Shown here piece by piece: positions 57,101 to 64,000 of a DNA stretch of 64,000 nt. Origin of the DNA: Lingula anatina. Lineage: Eukaryota; Animalia; Brachiopoda. The notes beneath the pieces were generated by a model, which searched no databases, was not told where the DNA came from, and saw only the letters and a list, made by a program, of their open reading frames with translations. The stretch covers positions 24,212,142 through 24,276,141 of the forward strand of contig CM120646.1 of assembly GCA_051362555.1 (NCBI GenBank), read 5' to 3'. Within the stretch, counting starts at the first letter, position 1. Every line of letters begins with the position of its first letter. Made by a program: the position numbers and the translations under genes.

Positions 57101-60100
57101 AGGGTTAGGGTTAGGGTTAGGGTTAGGGTTAGGGTTAGGGTTAGGGTTAGGGTTAGGGTTAGGGTTAGGGTTAGGGTTAGGGTTAGGGTTAGGGTTAGGG
57201 TTAGGGTTAGGGTTAGGGTTAGGGTTAGGGTTAGGGTTAGGGTTAGGGTTAGGGTTAGGGTTAGGGTTAGGGTTAGGGTTAGGGTTAGGGTTAGGGTTAG
57301 GGTTAGGGTTAGGGTTAGGGTTAGGGTTAGGGTTAGGGTTAGGGTTAGGGTTAGGGTTAGGGTTAGGGTTAGGGTTAGGGTTAGGGTTAGGGTTAGGGTT
57401 AGGGTTAGGGTTAGGGTTAGGGTTAGGGTTAGGGTTAGGGTTAGGGTTAGGGTTAGGGTTAGGGTTAGGGTTAGGGTTAGGGTTAGGGTTAGGGTTAGGG
57501 TTAGGGTTAGGGTTAGGGTTAGGGTTAGGGTTAGGGTTAGGGTTAGGGTTAGGGTTAGGGTTAGGGTTAGGGTTAGGGTTAGGGTTAGGGTTAGGGTTAG
57601 GGTTAGGGTTAGGGTTAGGGTTAGGGTTAGGGTTAGGGTTAGGGTTAGGGTTAGGGTTAGGGTTAGGGTTAGGGTTAGGGTTAGGGTTAGGGTTAGGGTT
57701 AGGGTTAGGGTTAGGGTTAGGGTTAGGGTTAGGGTTAGGGTTAGGGTTAGGGTTAGGGTTAGGGTTAGGGTTAGGGTTAGGGTTAGGGTTAGGGTTAGGG
57801 TTAGGGTTAGGGTTAGGGTTAGGGTTAGGGTTAGGGTTAGGGTTAGGGTTAGGGTTAGGGTTAGGGTTAGGGTTAGGGTTAGGGTTAGGGTTAGGGTTAG
57901 GGTTAGGGTTAGGGTTAGGGTTAGGGTTAGGGTTAGGGTTAGGGTTAGGGTTAGGGTTAGGGTTAGGGTTAGGGTTAGGGTTAGGGTTAGGGTTAGGGTT
58001 AGGGTTAGGGTTAGGGTTAGGGTTAGGGTTAGGGTTAGGGTTAGGGTTAGGGTTAGGGTTAGGGTTAGGGTTAGGGTTAGGGTTAGGGTTAGGGTTAGGG
58101 TTAGGGTTAGGGTTAGGGTTAGGGTTAGGGTTAGGGTTAGGGTTAGGGTTAGGGTTAGGGTTAGGGTTAGGGTTAGGGTTAGGGTTAGGGTTAGGGTTAG
58201 GGTTAGGGTTAGGGTTAGGGTTAGGGTTAGGGTTAGGGTTAGGGTTAGGGTTAGGGTTAGGGTTAGGGTTAGGGTTAGGGTTAGGGTTAGGGTTAGGGTT
58301 AGGGTTAGGGTTAGGGTTAGGGTTAGGGTTAGGGTTAGGGTTAGGGTTAGGGTTAGGGTTAGGGTTAGGGTTAGGGTTAGGGTTAGGGTTAGGGTTAGGG
58401 TTAGGGTTAGGGTTAGGGTTAGGGTTAGGGTTAGGGTTAGGGTTAGGGTTAGGGTTAGGGTTAGGGTTAGGGTTAGGGTTAGGGTTAGGGTTAGGGTTAG
58501 GGTTAGGGTTAGGGTTAGGGTTAGGGTTAGGGTTAGGGTTAGGGTTAGGGTTAGGGTTAGGGTTAGGGTTAGGGTTAGGGTTAGGGTTAGGGTTAGGGTT
58601 AGGGTTAGGGTTAGGGTTAGGGTTAGGGTTAGGGTTAGGGTTAGGGTTAGGGTTAGGGTTAGGGTTAGGGTTAGGGTTAGGGTTAGGGTTAGGGTTAGGG
58701 TTAGGGTTAGGGTTAGGGTTAGGGTTAGGGTTAGGGTTAGGGTTAGGGTTAGGGTTAGGGTTAGGGTTAGGGTTAGGGTTAGGGTTAGGGTTAGGGTTAG
58801 GGTTAGGGTTAGGGTTAGGGTTAGGGTTAGGGTTAGGGTTAGGGTTAGGGTTAGGGTTAGGGTTAGGGTTAGGGTTAGGGTTAGGGTTAGGGTTAGGGTT
58901 AGGGTTAGGGTTAGGGTTAGGGTTAGGGTTAGGGTTAGGGTTAGGGTTAGGGTTAGGGTTAGGGTTAGGGTTAGGGTTAGGGTTAGGGTTAGGGTTAGGG
59001 TTAGGGTTAGGGTTAGGGTTAGGGTTAGGGTTAGGGTTAGGGTTAGGGTTAGGGTTAGGGTTAGGGTTAGGGTTAGGGTTAGGGTTAGGGTTAGGGTTAG
59101 GGTTAGGGTTAGGGTTAGGGTTAGGGTTAGGGTTAGGGTTAGGGTTAGGGTTAGGGTTAGGGTTAGGGTTAGGGTTAGGGTTAGGGTTAGGGTTAGGGTT
59201 AGGGTTAGGGTTAGGGTTAGGGTTAGGGTTAGGGTTAGGGTTAGGGTTAGGGTTAGGGTTAGGGTTAGGGTTAGGGTTAGGGTTAGGGTTAGGGTTAGGG
59301 TTAGGGTTAGGGTTAGGGTTAGGGTTAGGGTTAGGGTTAGGGTTAGGGTTAGGGTTAGGGTTAGGGTTAGGGTTAGGGTTAGGGTTAGGGTTAGGGTTAG
59401 GGTTAGGGTTAGGGTTAGGGTTAGGGTTAGGGTTAGGGTTAGGGTTAGGGTTAGGGTTAGGGTTAGGGTTAGGGTTAGGGTTAGGGTTAGGGTTAGGGTT
59501 AGGGTTAGGGTTAGGGTTAGGGTTAGGGTTAGGGTTAGGGTTAGGGTTAGGGTTAGGGTTAGGGTTAGGGTTAGGGTTAGGGTTAGGGTTAGGGTTAGGG
59601 TTAGGGTTAGGGTTAGGGTTAGGGTTAGGGTTAGGGTTAGGGTTAGGGTTAGGGTTAGGGTTAGGGTTAGGGTTAGGGTTAGGGTTAGGGTTAGGGTTAG
59701 GGTTAGGGTTAGGGTTAGGGTTAGGGTTAGGGTTAGGGTTAGGGTTAGGGTTAGGGTTAGGGTTAGGGTTAGGGTTAGGGTTAGGGTTAGGGTTAGGGTT
59801 AGGGTTAGGGTTAGGGTTAGGGTTAGGGTTAGGGTTAGGGTTAGGGTTAGGGTTAGGGTTAGGGTTAGGGTTAGGGTTAGGGTTAGGGTTAGGGTTAGGG
59901 TTAGGGTTAGGGTTAGGGTTAGGGTTAGGGTTAGGGTTAGGGTTAGGGTTAGGGTTAGGGTTAGGGTTAGGGTTAGGGTTAGGGTTAGGGTTAGGGTTAG
60001 GGTTAGGGTTAGGGTTAGGGTTAGGGTTAGGGTTAGGGTTAGGGTTAGGGTTAGGGTTAGGGTTAGGGTTAGGGTTAGGGTTAGGGTTAGGGTTAGGGTT

Positions 60101-63100
60101 AGGGTTAGGGTTAGGGTTAGGGTTAGGGTTAGGGTTAGGGTTAGGGTTAGGGTTAGGGTTAGGGTTAGGGTTAGGGTTAGGGTTAGGGTTAGGGTTAGGG
60201 TTAGGGTTAGGGTTAGGGTTAGGGTTAGGGTTAGGGTTAGGGTTAGGGTTAGGGTTAGGGTTAGGGTTAGGGTTAGGGTTAGGGTTAGGGTTAGGGTTAG
60301 GGTTAGGGTTAGGGTTAGGGTTAGGGTTAGGGTTAGGGTTAGGGTTAGGGTTAGGGTTAGGGTTAGGGTTAGGGTTAGGGTTAGGGTTAGGGTTAGGGTT
60401 AGGGTTAGGGTTAGGGTTAGGGTTAGGGTTAGGGTTAGGGTTAGGGTTAGGGTTAGGGTTAGGGTTAGGGTTAGGGTTAGGGTTAGGGTTAGGGTTAGGG
60501 TTAGGGTTAGGGTTAGGGTTAGGGTTAGGGTTAGGGTTAGGGTTAGGGTTAGGGTTAGGGTTAGGGTTAGGGTTAGGGTTAGGGTTAGGGTTAGGGTTAG
60601 GGTTAGGGTTAGGGTTAGGGTTAGGGTTAGGGTTAGGGTTAGGGTTAGGGTTAGGGTTAGGGTTAGGGTTAGGGTTAGGGTTAGGGTTAGGGTTAGGGTT
60701 AGGGTTAGGGTTAGGGTTAGGGTTAGGGTTAGGGTTAGGGTTAGGGTTAGGGTTAGGGTTAGGGTTAGGGTTAGGGTTAGGGTTAGGGTTAGGGTTAGGG
60801 TTAGGGTTAGGGTTAGGGTTAGGGTTAGGGTTAGGGTTAGGGTTAGGGTTAGGGTTAGGGTTAGGGTTAGGGTTAGGGTTAGGGTTAGGGTTAGGGTTAG
60901 GGTTAGGGTTAGGGTTAGGGTTAGGGTTAGGGTTAGGGTTAGGGTTAGGGTTAGGGTTAGGGTTAGGGTTAGGGTTAGGGTTAGGGTTAGGGTTAGGGTT
61001 AGGGTTAGGGTTAGGGTTAGGGTTAGGGTTAGGGTTAGGGTTAGGGTTAGGGTTAGGGTTAGGGTTAGGGTTAGGGTTAGGGTTAGGGTTAGGGTTAGGG
61101 TTAGGGTTAGGGTTAGGGTTAGGGTTAGGGTTAGGGTTAGGGTTAGGGTTAGGGTTAGGGTTAGGGTTAGGGTTAGGGTTAGGGTTAGGGTTAGGGTTAG
61201 GGTTAGGGTTAGGGTTAGGGTTAGGGTTAGGGTTAGGGTTAGGGTTAGGGTTAGGGTTAGGGTTAGGGTTAGGGTTAGGGTTAGGGTTAGGGTTAGGGTT
61301 AGGGTTAGGGTTAGGGTTAGGGTTAGGGTTAGGGTTAGGGTTAGGGTTAGGGTTAGGGTTAGGGTTAGGGTTAGGGTTAGGGTTAGGGTTAGGGTTAGGG
61401 TTAGGGTTAGGGTTAGGGTTAGGGTTAGGGTTAGGGTTAGGGTTAGGGTTAGGGTTAGGGTTAGGGTTAGGGTTAGGGTTAGGGTTAGGGTTAGGGTTAG
61501 GGTTAGGGTTAGGGTTAGGGTTAGGGTTAGGGTTAGGGTTAGGGTTAGGGTTAGGGTTAGGGTTAGGGTTAGGGTTAGGGTTAGGGTTAGGGTTAGGGTT
61601 AGGGTTAGGGTTAGGGTTAGGGTTAGGGTTAGGGTTAGGGTTAGGGTTAGGGTTAGGGTTAGGGTTAGGGTTAGGGTTAGGGTTAGGGTTAGGGTTAGGG
61701 TTAGGGTTAGGGTTAGGGTTAGGGTTAGGGTTAGGGTTAGGGTTAGGGTTAGGGTTAGGGTTAGGGTTAGGGTTAGGGTTAGGGTTAGGGTTAGGGTTAG
61801 GGTTAGGGTTAGGGTTAGGGTTAGGGTTAGGGTTAGGGTTAGGGTTAGGGTTAGGGTTAGGGTTAGGGTTAGGGTTAGGGTTAGGGTTAGGGTTAGGGTT
61901 AGGGTTAGGGTTAGGGTTAGGGTTAGGGTTAGGGTTAGGGTTAGGGTTAGGGTTAGGGTTAGGGTTAGGGTTAGGGTTAGGGTTAGGGTTAGGGTTAGGG
62001 TTAGGGTTAGGGTTAGGGTTAGGGTTAGGGTTAGGGTTAGGGTTAGGGTTAGGGTTAGGGTTAGGGTTAGGGTTAGGGTTAGGGTTAGGGTTAGGGTTAG
62101 GGTTAGGGTTAGGGTTAGGGTTAGGGTTAGGGTTAGGGTTAGGGTTAGGGTTAGGGTTAGGGTTAGGGTTAGGGTTAGGGTTAGGGTTAGGGTTAGGGTT
62201 AGGGTTAGGGTTAGGGTTAGGGTTAGGGTTAGGGTTAGGGTTAGGGTTAGGGTTAGGGTTAGGGTTAGGGTTAGGGTTAGGGTTAGGGTTAGGGTTAGGG
62301 TTAGGGTTAGGGTTAGGGTTAGGGTTAGGGTTAGGGTTAGGGTTAGGGTTAGGGTTAGGGTTAGGGTTAGGGTTAGGGTTAGGGTTAGGGTTAGGGTTAG
62401 GGTTAGGGTTAGGGTTAGGGTTAGGGTTAGGGTTAGGGTTAGGGTTAGGGTTAGGGTTAGGGTTAGGGTTAGGGTTAGGGTTAGGGTTAGGGTTAGGGTT
62501 AGGGTTAGGGTTAGGGTTAGGGTTAGGGTTAGGGTTAGGGTTAGGGTTAGGGTTAGGGTTAGGGTTAGGGTTAGGGTTAGGGTTAGGGTTAGGGTTAGGG
62601 TTAGGGTTAGGGTTAGGGTTAGGGTTAGGGTTAGGGTTAGGGTTAGGGTTAGGGTTAGGGTTAGGGTTAGGGTTAGGGTTAGGGTTAGGGTTAGGGTTAG
62701 GGTTAGGGTTAGGGTTAGGGTTAGGGTTAGGGTTAGGGTTAGGGTTAGGGTTAGGGTTAGGGTTAGGGTTAGGGTTAGGGTTAGGGTTAGGGTTAGGGTT
62801 AGGGTTAGGGTTAGGGTTAGGGTTAGGGTTAGGGTTAGGGTTAGGGTTAGGGTTAGGGTTAGGGTTAGGGTTAGGGTTAGGGTTAGGGTTAGGGTTAGGG
62901 TTAGGGTTAGGGTTAGGGTTAGGGTTAGGGTTAGGGTTAGGGTTAGGGTTAGGGTTAGGGTTAGGGTTAGGGTTAGGGTTAGGGTTAGGGTTAGGGTTAG
63001 GGTTAGGGTTAGGGTTAGGGTTAGGGTTAGGGTTAGGGTTAGGGTTAGGGTTAGGGTTAGGGTTAGGGTTAGGGTTAGGGTTAGGGTTAGGGTTAGGGTT

Positions 63101-64000
63101 AGGGTTAGGGTTAGGGTTAGGGTTAGGGTTAGGGTTAGGGTTAGGGTTAGGGTTAGGGTTAGGGTTAGGGTTAGGGTTAGGGTTAGGGTTAGGGTTAGGG
63201 TTAGGGTTAGGGTTAGGGTTAGGGTTAGGGTTAGGGTTAGGGTTAGGGTTAGGGTTAGGGTTAGGGTTAGGGTTAGGGTTAGGGTTAGGGTTAGGGTTAG
63301 GGTTAGGGTTAGGGTTAGGGTTAGGGTTAGGGTTAGGGTTAGGGTTAGGGTTAGGGTTAGGGTTAGGGTTAGGGTTAGGGTTAGGGTTAGGGTTAGGGTT
63401 AGGGTTAGGGTTAGGGTTAGGGTTAGGGTTAGGGTTAGGGTTAGGGTTAGGGTTAGGGTTAGGGTTAGGGTTAGGGTTAGGGTTAGGGTTAGGGTTAGGG
63501 TTAGGGTTAGGGTTAGGGTTAGGGTTAGGGTTAGGGTTAGGGTTAGGGTTAGGGTTAGGGTTAGGGTTAGGGTTAGGGTTAGGGTTAGGGTTAGGGTTAG
63601 GGTTAGGGTTAGGGTTAGGGTTAGGGTTAGGGTTAGGGTTAGGGTTAGGGTTAGGGTTAGGGTTAGGGTTAGGGTTAGGGTTAGGGTTAGGGTTAGGGTT
63701 AGGGTTAGGGTTAGGGTTAGGGTTAGGGTTAGGGTTAGGGTTAGGGTTAGGGTTAGGGTTAGGGTTAGGGTTAGGGTTAGGGTTAGGGTTAGGGTTAGGG
63801 TTAGGGTTAGGGTTAGGGTTAGGGTTAGGGTTAGGGTTAGGGTTAGGGTTAGGGTTAGGGTTAGGGTTAGGGTTAGGGTTAGGGTTAGGGTTAGGGTTAG
63901 GGTTAGGGTTAGGGTTAGGGTTAGGGTTAGGGTTAGGGTTAGGGTTAGGGTTAGGGTTAGGGTTAGGGTTAGGGTTAGGGTTAGGGTTAGGGTTAGGGTT
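54083..64000 (+). repeat. Telomeric repeat array (TTAGGG)n, ~9.9 kb, runs to the window end
   Basis: G-rich strand runs 5'->3' toward the end. Variants (TAAGGG, TTTAGGG, TTAGGGG, TTAGG, TTAGAG) occur only in the proximal ~140 bp. Confidence 0.99.

Overview
This is an AT-rich animal chromosome end. An invertebrate such as a mollusc is likely, but that is inference from the TTAGGG telomere, intron-rich genes and CpG-depleted gene bodies. Two genes sit head to head. On the minus strand (40395->577) is a giant SPA17/Sp17-like gene: an N-terminal RIIa dimerisation/docking domain followed by about 20 IQ calmodulin-binding motifs, 13 of them on single-motif, phase-0 exons of 78-87 nt. My manual splice model has 22 coding exons and 879 aa. 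Its 19.5-kb intron hides two further phase-compatible start exons (MGCAASS... and MGNKLD...) that would replace the RIIa domain with putative lipid-anchor N-termini. On the plus strand (42222->50741) is ZNHIT2, with 11 coding exons and 406 aa. Introns carry many minisatellites that start at or include splice sites, several MITEs and a Tc1/mariner remnant. About 9.9 kb of (TTAGGG)n starts exactly at the TAA target-site duplication of an intact 195-bp MITE, only 3.3 kb downstream of the ZNHIT2 stop. All exon coordinates were read by hand and are not supported by transcript data.
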